IMG/VR virus record: IMGVR_UViG_3300020042_008600
Span: 1-24,125 of that record
DNA length: 24,125 nucleotides
Direction: 5' to 3' (one strand)
Origin: a virus
Lineage: Duplodnaviria; Caudoviricetes
Shown here: positions 16,324 through 23,806 of the stretch, piece after piece
Layout: the number at the start of each line of letters is the position of its first letter
Position numbering within the stretch: position 1 is the stretch's first letter
Notes under the pieces: model-generated
What the model was told of the DNA's origin: nothing
The model's database searches: none
The model's input: only the letters and a program-made list of their open reading frames with translations
Position numbers and translations under genes: made by a program

Positions 16324-18783
16324 TCAGCCTAGACGATAACAAATAAAGGTGTTTGCAGATGTTCTTCTAAAACGTAGTCGTGCAGTTGTTGCCGTTGTAA
16401 TACTTAATGAACCAACAAATGTTACGTTTGTATTTACGGCAAGTGTGATTGTCCCGGAAGCTGTATTAATGATGAAAAAGTCATAACCAACATTTGATGC
16501 TGCCCAAGTGGTTACGGCCTCCAAAGATGTCCCGTTAGGTACTGTTATTGTGTATGACGTACCACTAGCTGTGATAATTTGCGATTGGATATTGGCTGTG
16601 GTTAGTGTAGTAGCACCGGCAGTAGTTGCAGGGGTAGGAGCATAAGGCATGACTGCCCCTGTCTGCATTTGCATATTGCCATTAAGGTCAATAGTTAAAC
16701 GAGTTGTCGCCGCAGTTTCTGCTTCAATTGTAGAAGTACTAAATTTCCATCCGCCAGAACTTGCCGTGCCGGGAAGATAAAACACCCCTTTTCCAGTAGC
16801 TACTGCAAGATTATTACCAATTGAAATTGAAGAAGCCGAAGTTGCTATGCCAGATGTACCTACACATAAAGTACCGTCTCTTAATGTCATTTGTTTGGTT
16901 GTTACAAGGTTCCCCGAACTTGCGGCTGAAAAATTAAGTTCCGCCGTATTGGCCCCCGGACTTTGTGACCATATCCTTGCTGCATCGGGGTTGTTAACGG
17001 AAACGTCATTTATACCAAACTGAAGCATTGCCAAAGCACTGCCCCCGGATAAGTCTTGAATAGATATTCTTGCAGCACCGCCCCCGGTTGTAGAAGCAAC
17101 TGTCAAAAGTCCATATGTACTTGGCGTGGTAGTACCGACTCCCACATAACCTGTTGTGTTGCCCGTAGGCAGTGTCCCCGCAATATTACCCGTGGTAGTT
17201 GTAAGGCTGAACGAATTAGTTGTTGAGGTAAAGTAGTTTGCTTGAGTGGCACTGGTGTTTGCATACCAAATTTGATAGGATTTGGCCCCCGTAACGGCGG
17301 TCCATGAGACTGCAATTGAAGATGTTGCACCGGTTGTCGTAACAACAGTGGACTCAGTACTTGCAACAGTTGTACCGCCCAATCCATCAACAGCAACAAT
17401 CACAAAGTACCAAGTGTTTGCAGCAAGAGAGCCGCCTGATGCCGATCCAACTGCTGTCGGTGTAGCGGGTGTACTGAGTGCCGTAGATGTATAGCCAATC
17501 GTTCTTGCCGATCCTATTACATCGAGTTTGTAAGAAGGGGAAGTGGTGCCAATACCTACATCACCAGTGGATGTAATACGCATAGACTCAACACCACCCT
17601 CAGTAAAGGCAATAGTGTCAGCGGCAGGGAACCATATACCTGTGTTGGTGTCGCCTGTTGTGGTGATGGCAGGCAACAACGCTGTTCCAGCCTGCACGGT
17701 TGTTACACCTGTAGCTGACAAAGTAGTGAAAGCTCCAGTGCTTGCCGTTGTTGCACCTACAGACATATTGTTTATCGTGCCAACACCTGTAGAGGTAAGG
17801 GCAAGAGTAGGCGCATTAGCCGCAGTCAACGTAATTAAGTTGGTATAGGCTGTACCATCCACATCATAAGCAGCAAGGGCAAGTGTGTTGGCGGCTGTCT
17901 GAGCAGACCGAAGTACTGTGCCAGTTACAAACTGTCCGTTTACGGTAATGGTATCTGCTACCGCATCACCAATAGTTGTATTACCGTTTAGCGTAGTCGC
18001 TCCAGAAGCAGTTAGCGTGGTGAACGCACCAGTAGAAGCTGTCGTTGCCCCAATAGACATGTTGTTGATTGTGCCCGTACCTGTTGAGGTCAACGCCAGC
18101 GTTGGCGCGTTAGCCGCAGTCAACGTAATAAGGTTGGTGTACGCAGTGCCGTCCACGTCATAAGCGGCAAGGGCGAGTGTGTTGGTTGCTAATTTTGCAG
18201 ACCGAAGTACCGTGCCCGTGACGTAAGAAGCCGCTTGAGTGATGGTGTCAGTATCCGCGTCACCCAAGGTCACGTTTCCAGTAGCACCCAAGGTTGTAAA
18301 CGCCCCAGAACTGGCTGTAGTTGCACCTACCGTAGCGTTGTCAATCGTGCCGCCGTTGATGTCAACAAAGTCAAACATCTGGATGACGTTTGTGCCATCA
18401 ACATACAGGTGAGCTTTGCGGCCAGTTGGAACGGTAATGCCTGTGCCTGCCGAGGTCTTGACCGTAATGCTTTGAGAGCCCGTGGTGTTGTTTTGGACAA
18501 TGTACTGTTTCTGAATTGTCGGAACTATCAGCTCTCGCGTAACAGTCAACGAAACTGCTGACGTCACGTTGAGCACCAGGGCCCGCGCTGCTTGAGACGC
18601 GTTGCTGTCCGTCAGCGTAATAGTCAAGTTGGCGTCTGATGGGTAGCTTGGATTTCCGTAACCAACAATGGACTGCTCAAGCGCTGTGCCCAGGTTGGTG
18701 TTCGTAGTCGTGCCCCAAGAACCCGAGTTCTCGCCCGTGGCCATCAACTCAATCTTTAGGTTTGTGGAGTAGGTACTTGCCAT
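16324..18783 (-). CDS. Tail fibre / receptor-binding protein, 819 aa
   Basis: MASTYS...GENSGSWG..TNTNL N-terminal anchor, Thr/Ala/Gly-rich repeats, DTNTGIWFPAADTIAF, ESMRITSTGDVGIGTTSP, FN3/Ig-like insert. Confidence 0.85.
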   Translation of the reverse strand: MASTYSTNLKIELMATGENSGSWGTTTNTNLGTALEQSIVGYGNPSYPSDANLTITLTDSNASQAARALVLNVTSAVSLTVTRELIVPTIQKQYIVQNNTTGSQSITVKTSAGTGITVPTGRKAHLYVDGTNVIQMFDFVDINGGTIDNATVGATTASSGAFTTLGATGNVTLGDADTDTITQAASYVTGTVLRSAKLATNTLALAAYDVDGTAYTNLITLTAANAPTLALTSTGTGTINNMSIGATTASTGAFTTLTASGATTLNGNTTIGDAVADTITVNGQFVTGTVLRSAQTAANTLALAAYDVDGTAYTNLITLTAANAPTLALTSTGVGTINNMSVGATTASTGAFTTLSATGVTTVQAGTALLPAITTTGDTNTGIWFPAADTIAFTEGGVESMRITSTGDVGIGTTSPSYKLDVIGSARTIGYTSTALSTPATPTAVGSASGGSLAANTWYFVIVAVDGLGGTTVASTESTVVTTTGATSSIAVSWTAVTGAKSYQIWYANTSATQANYFTSTTNSFSLTTTTGNIAGTLPTGNTTGYVGVGTTTPSTYGLLTVASTTGGGAARISIQDLSGGSALAMLQFGINDVSVNNPDAARIWSQSPGANTAELNFSAASSGNLVTTKQMTLRDGTLCVGTSGIATSASSISIGNNLAVATGKGVFYLPGTASSGGWKFSTSTIEAETAATTRLTIDLNGNMQMQTGAVMPYAPTPATTAGATTLTTANIQSQIITASGTSYTITVPNGTSLEAVTTWAASNVGYDFFIINTASGTITLAVNTNVTFVGSLSITTATTARLRFRRTSANTFICYRLG
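17710..18330 (-). repeat. Internal duplication of about 92-98 aa in the fibre (two copies plus a partial third)
   Basis: Identical 35-aa core NTLALAAYDVDGTAYTNLITLTAANAPTLALTSTG repeated at 294-nt spacing; GATTAS(S/T)GAFTTL occurs three times. Confidence 0.92.
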
Positions 18784-18793
18784 TTCATTTCCT

Positions 18794-19441
18794 CTATGGA
18801 GTTATTTGTGTCCAGGCCACCGTGTTTGCATCGTTTACTGCCACCCATCCCGGCGACTGAGCAGAGCTTATATTTTGCCAGTTTGGAGTTTGGTTGTCAT
18901 CCACCAAAGACCAGATTACTATGCGAACAGAACCGACTTCTCCCGTTGCCTGCACGCCCGTGACGGAAACATCTGTTCCTTCCTCAACCGTGACAGAGCC
19001 TACCTGGCCCGTCGCCTGCAATCCCGTGACAGTGACGTTAGCCGTCCCCGTAACGGTGACTGACCCGACTTGGCCAGTAGCCTGCAATCCCGTAACAGTA
19101 ACGGCAGCCGCCGCTGTAACCGTGACAGAGCCTACCGCGCCCGTCGCCTGCAACCCCGTGACAGTGACGTTAGCCGCCGCTGTAACCGTGACAGAGCCTA
19201 CCTGGCCCGTCGCCTGCAGCCCCGTAACAGTAACGGCAGCTGTGCCTGTAACCGTGACAGAGCCTACCGCGCCCGTCGCCTGCAGCCCCGTAACAGTAAC
19301 GGCAGCTGTGCCTGTAACCGTGACAGAGCCTACCGCGCCCGTGCCAGTGGGAAGAGCAGCAAGGCTCTGGCCCCATGGGTCTTCGCCCCAGCCAACACCG
19401 GAGGCATCCCACCCTTGGAACGCTACAACGGTATCGGCCAT
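18794..19441 (-). CDS. Val/Thr/Gly-rich repeat virion protein (fibre-like), 215 aa
   Basis: AGGAG SD. About 6.5 copies of a 22-aa repeat flanked by Trp-containing termini. Confidence 0.8.
   Translation of the reverse strand: MADTVVAFQGWDASGVGWGEDPWGQSLAALPTGTGAVGSVTVTGTAAVTVTGLQATGAVGSVTVTGTAAVTVTGLQATGQVGSVTVTAAANVTVTGLQATGAVGSVTVTAAAAVTVTGLQATGQVGSVTVTGTANVTVTGLQATGQVGSVTVEEGTDVSVTGVQATGEVGSVRIVIWSLVDDNQTPNWQNISSAQSPGWVAVNDANTVAWTQITP
18925..19345. repeat. 66-bp coding tandem repeat array, about 6.5 units
   Basis: cccgtcgcctgcagc at 19206 and 19272; atcccgt at 19021 and 19087. Encodes ATG(A/Q)VGSVTVTxxAxVTVTGLQ. Confidence 0.93.
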
Positions 19442-19450
19442 GAACGCTCC

Positions 19451-19888
19451 TTAAGCGATACGAATGATCGCGTTGGTTGCGTCGGCCGTTGGGAAGATGA
19501 TGGTAAAAGTTCCACTTGTAGAAGTCTTTGAACCGCCAAAATCTAAAACGCAAACAGTTGGGTCGCCCGAAGCCGTGTCGTTGTAAATCAACGCGCCAGA
19601 GGCCGTAATGGTGGCGCTTGTAAACGAAAGGTCAGCAAAATCTGTAAATGCTGTGGTGCTCGTCGACGTAGGGGTTACGTTTGTCAGCGTTCCGCCCCCC
19701 GCCGCGTACGTGCCTGAGGCAGCGACCTCGTTGGTAGCCGTGTAGGCTGTGGTGGCCGCCGTAAAAGACGCGCTGCTGGAGTACAGCGCCAGCTTAAACG
19801 TGTTGCCCGTGCTGAGGGTAAAGTTGTGAACCGCGCGCATCAGCTCGACCTTAAAGCTGGTACACATGAAGTTTCCAGAAAACGCCAT
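19451..19888 (-). CDS. Small beta-rich virion structural protein, 145 aa
   Basis: CTSFKVEL, FKLALY, YAAGG.TL, ALIYN, VLDFGG and AIIRIA motifs. AGGAG SD. Confidence 0.72.
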   Translation of the reverse strand: MAFSGNFMCTSFKVELMRAVHNFTLSTGNTFKLALYSSSASFTAATTAYTATNEVAASGTYAAGGGTLTNVTPTSTSTTAFTDFADLSFTSATITASGALIYNDTASGDPTVCVLDFGGSKTSTSGTFTIIFPTADATNAIIRIA

Positions 19889-19889
19889 T

Positions 19890-20177
19890 TTAATCTCCTA
19901 GTAAATGGACAAGCTCCGCATGTCCTGCTTCGCGTAAACGATAAGCAATTGTTGAGCGATCCTGCTCAACTGCCTCTTTCAAATAAAACGCTACAACATG
20001 CTTGACGCTGTCCTTGAAAGCTCTTGCTTGGGCCTGCACCGCTGGGTGCGACTGGTCCCCGACATAGATGATCTTGTCGGCAGCGCGTGCGGCAAGTTCT
20101 TCCACAGACCAGCCTCGGTTTTGAGTGGTCTCGACGTCGACGCTGCCGACAAGAATGGGGGAGGAAACGGTAATCAT
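19890..20177 (-). CDS. Hypothetical phage protein, 95 aa
   Basis: ATGA coupling to the upstream gene. TTQNRGWSVEELA and QARAFK motifs. Confidence 0.7.
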   Translation of the reverse strand: MITVSSPILVGSVDVETTQNRGWSVEELAARAADKIIYVGDQSHPAVQAQARAFKDSVKHVVAFYLKEAVEQDRSTIAYRLREAGHAELVHLLGD

Positions 20178-20833
20178 GGTCCTGGTGAATCCGATTTGAG
20201 GGGAATACGAAGCATGCCATCTCGGTACTCATCCCGGCGACGACGGCCCTGTTGTTCAACGCCAAGCCCTTTAATGGCTTCTTGGTAGGAAATCTTGAAA
20301 TACTCCATCATCTCTCTTGGCCCCTTAGTGTAGCTGTATGCCTGTACCAAACATGCATACAATAACGCTTCAGGGGCATTTATGCTTACCCACGTGGTTG
20401 GGTTTGCCGACGACAGCTGCGTTGGACGGTAAATGTATCCCAGCTCCACGCTGTAGTCCTGGTTTGGCGTAGGCGCAACGTAAAACGTGTTTTGGTCCCA
20501 CACAGCATAGTACTTGGGCGTGCCTTGCGTGGTGCCGTTTGGCCAGTACTCTTTCATGAAGGACGTGTCCCTAAACTCCAAAAACAACTGATCACCACTA
20601 GTGGGCGTCAGAATTAAGTACCGATGCGTCAACAGATCAGTGGGAGCAGTCAGAAACCTGTTGCCTTGGGTCATGGTGCCAGTGACTTCTAGCTTGAACA
20701 CATCCAAGTCAATCTCTCGAAGAATTTGATTCTCCGCCATTGTGATAAAGACGTTGATCACCGGTTCGGTAAAAACATTGCTGCCCACCTCGGTGTAGTT
20801 TTGGATGTTGGTGACAAGTTCGTCGTAGGTCAT
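20174..20833 (-). CDS. Head-tail adaptor / tail tubular A-like protein, 219 aa
   Basis: MTYDELVTNIQNYTE, FITMAE, GTPKYYA, VAPTP and APEALLYACLVQA motifs. Position in the tail module. Confidence 0.68.
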   Translation of the reverse strand: MTYDELVTNIQNYTEVGSNVFTEPVINVFITMAENQILREIDLDVFKLEVTGTMTQGNRFLTAPTDLLTHRYLILTPTSGDQLFLEFRDTSFMKEYWPNGTTQGTPKYYAVWDQNTFYVAPTPNQDYSVELGYIYRPTQLSSANPTTWVSINAPEALLYACLVQAYSYTKGPREMMEYFKISYQEAIKGLGVEQQGRRRRDEYRDGMLRIPLKSDSPGP

Positions 20834-21180
20834 GAGATGCTTACAGTCACTGATCCAACAACACCTTGCGCAATAAGCGCTTGGTCCTGAACATACGGCT
20901 GCATATTGGTGCCACCCTGAACACTGCCATAGCTTTGAAAGGCGGTAAAGCCAGGCGCTCCAACAAAGACGGACACAGGTTCAATGCGATCGGGTCGCGG
21001 ATCGCGCAACGCAATGGCGTCTCCGTTGTAACGCAATGGCTCCAGCTGGGGCTCTTTGGGCTCGTAGTCGTCAGGGCACACCATAAACCCGCGCCAGTTT
21101 TTGCGCAGGTTGTTGTACCTGTACCGCTGCCCGCAATAGTCGCAGAGTCCGTAGGAATGTATGCCAGTCGCAAATGCCAT
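20830..21180 (-). CDS. Small Cys-containing phage protein, about 116 aa
   Basis: ATG at 21180 just after the upstream stop. CDYCG...VCPDDYEPKEPQL and DPRPDR motifs. Confidence 0.7.
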   Translation of the reverse strand: MAFATGIHSYGLCDYCGQRYRYNNLRKNWRGFMVCPDDYEPKEPQLEPLRYNGDAIALRDPRPDRIEPVSVFVGAPGFTAFQSYGSVQGGTNMQPYVQDQALIAQGVVGSVTVSIS

Positions 21181-21181
21181 G

Positions 21182-21847
21182 TCATACCCCCAGGTCCGGT
21201 ACAAACTGCACGCTGGCGGTGTCTCGGTCCTCCAAGGCGGCGCGCTGGAAGTCTTCTTCGTAAATTGCCTTGAGCGCCGAGGCACGGTCTGCAGCAAACT
21301 TGAGCGACAGATAGTACGCCAAGCCGGAGGCCAAACACGGTAAAAACCTAAAGTTTACATCCGCCGTGTTGGTGTAGGCCCCTGCGTCTTGGATGCGACG
21401 AATGCGGTAGTACACAAAGGTATATCCGGCGGCCGGGGCAGGGTAAAAATATACCTTAGGAATGTTGGTTCGCTCAACATAGAACTGAGCAGGACGGGCC
21501 TCCGTGGTCTTGTCAGGCACATTGAGCCAGTCCTCCCGGCTGATGCGCTCGATGTAGACATCGGTGTTGGTGCCTTGGTTGTTTTGGCGAATGACCGCCT
21601 CAAGCACGTTGACAACGGAAGCGTCCAATGAAATCTCATTAACGCCGGCCGTCAGCGCAAAAGTAGCCTCCTCAATGGTCCACAAATTCAACCCGCGATT
21701 GGCCCAGTCAAGAAACAACAAGTTAAGCGAGCGGCGGGCTGAAGTAAGTTGGTACCCACTGGTTGGCCTCATGCCGCAGCGCTCAAACGCCTCTTCAATT
21801 AAGTCATCAATTGACAAGTCAAATGTGGTTGTGTTGGAGGTAGTCAT
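21182..21847 (-). CDS. Head-tail adaptor-like protein (P22 gp4 / tail tubular A-like), 221 aa
   Basis: IEEAFERCG, ARRSLNLL..DWANRGLNLW, RP.QFY and LPCLASGLAYYLS motifs. Confidence 0.65.
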   Translation of the reverse strand: MTTSNTTTFDLSIDDLIEEAFERCGMRPTSGYQLTSARRSLNLLFLDWANRGLNLWTIEEATFALTAGVNEISLDASVVNVLEAVIRQNNQGTNTDVYIERISREDWLNVPDKTTEARPAQFYVERTNIPKVYFYPAPAAGYTFVYYRIRRIQDAGAYTNTADVNFRFLPCLASGLAYYLSLKFAADRASALKAIYEEDFQRAALEDRDTASVQFVPDLGV

Positions 21848-22512
21848 TTGCTGTACAAATTGTCAAATGTCGCTTGTGCATCCATGTACGAGTCATCTTG
21901 CTCCGCACAGTGTATCCACTGACCAGGCTTAAAATCAGGTGCCCCTTCCCCTGTTTGCCAAAACGCAGGGCTTGTGACCCTAACGCGATTGTTTGGCAAC
22001 GCCACAATGTTACCTGTCCACTTGCCTGCATCGGTCAACATCAAAACATGACTCTGTTTGTGCTGCGCAGGACAATCGGCCACCTCGCTCTCCGTGTAAT
22101 CCACGGTAAACAAGTACCGGCCCGTATAAAACTCGCCGTCAATCTTGCACATCCAAGGACTGGGGCTGGTCCGCGCAAACTTAATCACAGTGTGATGATG
22201 CGACGGACAGTCCCAAGGCTGCGCCAGATGGGTAGGCATGCGCTCGGGCCACTCTTCCAATGGGATGTCCCCCACCAGCGCGGTGATTGGCATGCGCGCC
22301 CACATAGCTCCCCCATGCACGTTTTCTGACCCGTCTACGTGGCTTTCACACCCTGTAAACACAATCTGAAAACTCAAGCAACGATCCGGCATGACGTTGA
22401 CCGCAATAACATTTGCGTGCAAGTACTCGCCATGGTACTTCTGATGCATGTGGGTAAACTCGCGTCTAACCCAGCACTTAAAGTACGGAATGTTGCTGAT
22501 GAGGTATGACAT
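21844..22512 (-). CDS. Cys/His-rich globular phage protein of unknown function, 222 aa
   Basis: Coupled at both ends (TAATG, ATGA). GGAMWARMPI.AL, QPWDC, YLFTVDY, QHKQSH and ALPNNR motifs. Confidence 0.75.
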   Translation of the reverse strand: MSYLISNIPYFKCWVRREFTHMHQKYHGEYLHANVIAVNVMPDRCLSFQIVFTGCESHVDGSENVHGGAMWARMPITALVGDIPLEEWPERMPTHLAQPWDCPSHHHTVIKFARTSPSPWMCKIDGEFYTGRYLFTVDYTESEVADCPAQHKQSHVLMLTDAGKWTGNIVALPNNRVRVTSPAFWQTGEGAPDFKPGQWIHCAEQDDSYMDAQATFDNLYSK

Positions 22513-22766
22513 TACTTAGCTTTTTTAGCCATTTTCTTGGCAGCACCGCCAGCAGCGTAACCTTTGGACATCATGCCGCCTGAGGCATAGCCTTTGGCCA
22601 TCATGCCGCCGCCCATCATGCCCTTAGGCTTTTTCTTGGCGTCGCCACCTTTGGCCATCATTACTGGGCCCGTTTTTTTGCTAGGCTCAGAGATCATTTT
22701 GTTTGCGGGGCCGCTTTCAACAGCACCACCACCGCGCGTAGCGGCACCCATTCCACGTCCAGCCAT
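22512..22766 (-). CDS. Small Lys/Gly/Met-rich protein with tandem xAxGG motifs, 84 aa
   Basis: AAGGAG SD. MAKGG, MMGGG, YASGG and YAAGG. Confidence 0.75.
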   Translation of the reverse strand: MAGRGMGAATRGGGAVESGPANKMISEPSKKTGPVMMAKGGDAKKKPKGMMGGGMMAKGYASGGMMSKGYAAGGAAKKMAKKAK

Positions 22767-22767
22767 A

Positions 22768-22989
22768 TTAAACTCCTTTTTTCATTGCACGGCCTTTAAC
22801 GTCGGCCGTTTTACGTTTAACAGCGCGACCCATTTTGTCGCTCATGTCAGAATCTTTCATCATTTTGCCGTCAGGCATCTTGTGCATGCCTGCCATGCCA
22901 CCTTTTTTCATTTTGCCAACGCCATCAGCCGCAAAAGCAGGCACTGATTTGCCGCCTTTTTTAACCATTTTTAATTTTGAGGTTGCCAT
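22768..22989 (-). CDS. Small Lys/Met-rich basic protein, 73 aa
   Basis: AAGGAG SD. VPAFAADG.GKMKKGG and HKMPDGKMM motifs. Confidence 0.75.
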   Translation of the reverse strand: MATSKLKMVKKGGKSVPAFAADGVGKMKKGGMAGMHKMPDGKMMKDSDMSDKMGRAVKRKTADVKGRAMKKGV

Positions 22990-22998
22990 TACTACTCC

Positions 22999-23238
22999 TT
23001 ACTTTGCTTGCTGAATAAGTTGGTCAATTTTTGCTTCAAGGCGATTAAAGCGCTGGTCAATGTGGTCAGTAATTCTTTGAACTTCTGCTTGAGTAACGTA
23101 ATCACGTGCTACCTCCTCGCGTGTTTTGTTTAATAGGATGTCCAGCCGTTTGAGGTCGTCAAATTTTTCACGAATGAAAAACCACAACCCGCCGACTGCG
23201 GCGGATAAAACGGCGGACCAGATTAAGTTAATGTCCAT
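22999..23238 (-). CDS. Small N-terminal TM plus coiled-coil protein, about 79 aa
   Basis: TGATG coupling gives the start MDINLIW. Hydrophobic helix, then LLNKTREE...RLEAKID. Confidence 0.72.
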   Translation of the reverse strand: MDINLIWSAVLSAAVGGLWFFIREKFDDLKRLDILLNKTREEVARDYVTQAEVQRITDHIDQRFNRLEAKIDQLIQQAK

Positions 23239-23492
23239 CAGCATTTCCATCTTGCTAGGGCAGCCGCCTTGCGGGTAGGCTTGCCTTTTTCATCTTTCAT
23301 TGGCCCCGGCATACCGGACATTCGCGCGCAGAACGAATCTTTGCGCTTGCCGCCTTTGGGCTGGGGTGCTTTCAAGTTACTACCTGTTGCGGCGTTGTAC
23401 TTGGCACGGCCTTTGGCAGTCAAGCCCGCCCCCTTGGAGACGGGCAATTTCTCGCCACGACCAACCGAAAGGGAAGGCGCTTTCTTGGCCAT
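23238..23492 (-). CDS. Small basic protein, DUF6321-like, 84 aa
   Basis: GLTAKGRAKYN..TGSNLKAP, SFCARM and ALARWKC motifs. Confidence 0.68.
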   Translation of the reverse strand: MAKKAPSLSVGRGEKLPVSKGAGLTAKGRAKYNAATGSNLKAPQPKGGKRKDSFCARMSGMPGPMKDEKGKPTRKAAALARWKC

Positions 23493-23794
23493 TACTGCGC
23501 AGCTCCACCATAGAAGAACAAAGTCACGCTGGTAATCTCCACGCCAGAGACATCAATAAATACTCCCGAATCAAAGAGAATTCCCATGTCCGGCAAAAGA
23601 ATGTCAGTGGCTCCGGCCACAGCGGCGGTGGTGAGGGTCAGCAATGCTGTGGCCCCAACAACACTGCCATTCCTTAGCGTAATTGTTCCGGCCGTTGCCG
23701 TGTTTGTAAAATAAATGCCGGCTACCCGGGTGCGACCCGCAACGGCATGCGCGTCGACAGTCTTTGTGACTGCCTGAATATTGCTGTTGCTCAT
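23492..23794 (-). CDS. Small beta-rich virion protein, 100 aa
   Basis: AGGAG SD. RVAGIY, LPDMGILFDSG and VTLFF pattern resembles capsid-proximal proteins. Confidence 0.68.
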   Translation of the reverse strand: MSNSNIQAVTKTVDAHAVAGRTRVAGIYFTNTATAGTITLRNGSVVGATALLTLTTAAVAGATDILLPDMGILFDSGVFIDVSGVEITSVTLFFYGGAAQ

Positions 23795-23806
23795 GTCCGC
23801 TCCTAA

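Noticed and set aside
17710-18330. DGR template/variable repeat pair
   Set aside because: Differences are mostly synonymous and not adenine-specific, both copies are in frame within one gene, and no reverse transcriptase is present in the window.
18925-19345. 66-bp periodic array as a CRISPR array
   Set aside because: No unique spacers; the units are in-frame coding repeats of a 22-aa motif.
18806-19553. Several alternative-frame ORFs over the repeat gene
   Set aside because: The stop-free repeat unit keeps multiple frames open; only the minus-strand 215-aa frame has an SD and fits the operon.
22512-22989. Bacteriocin double-glycine precursors
   Set aside because: No ELSxxEL-type leader and no C39/ABC exporter; the motif also occurs internally in large virion-type proteins.
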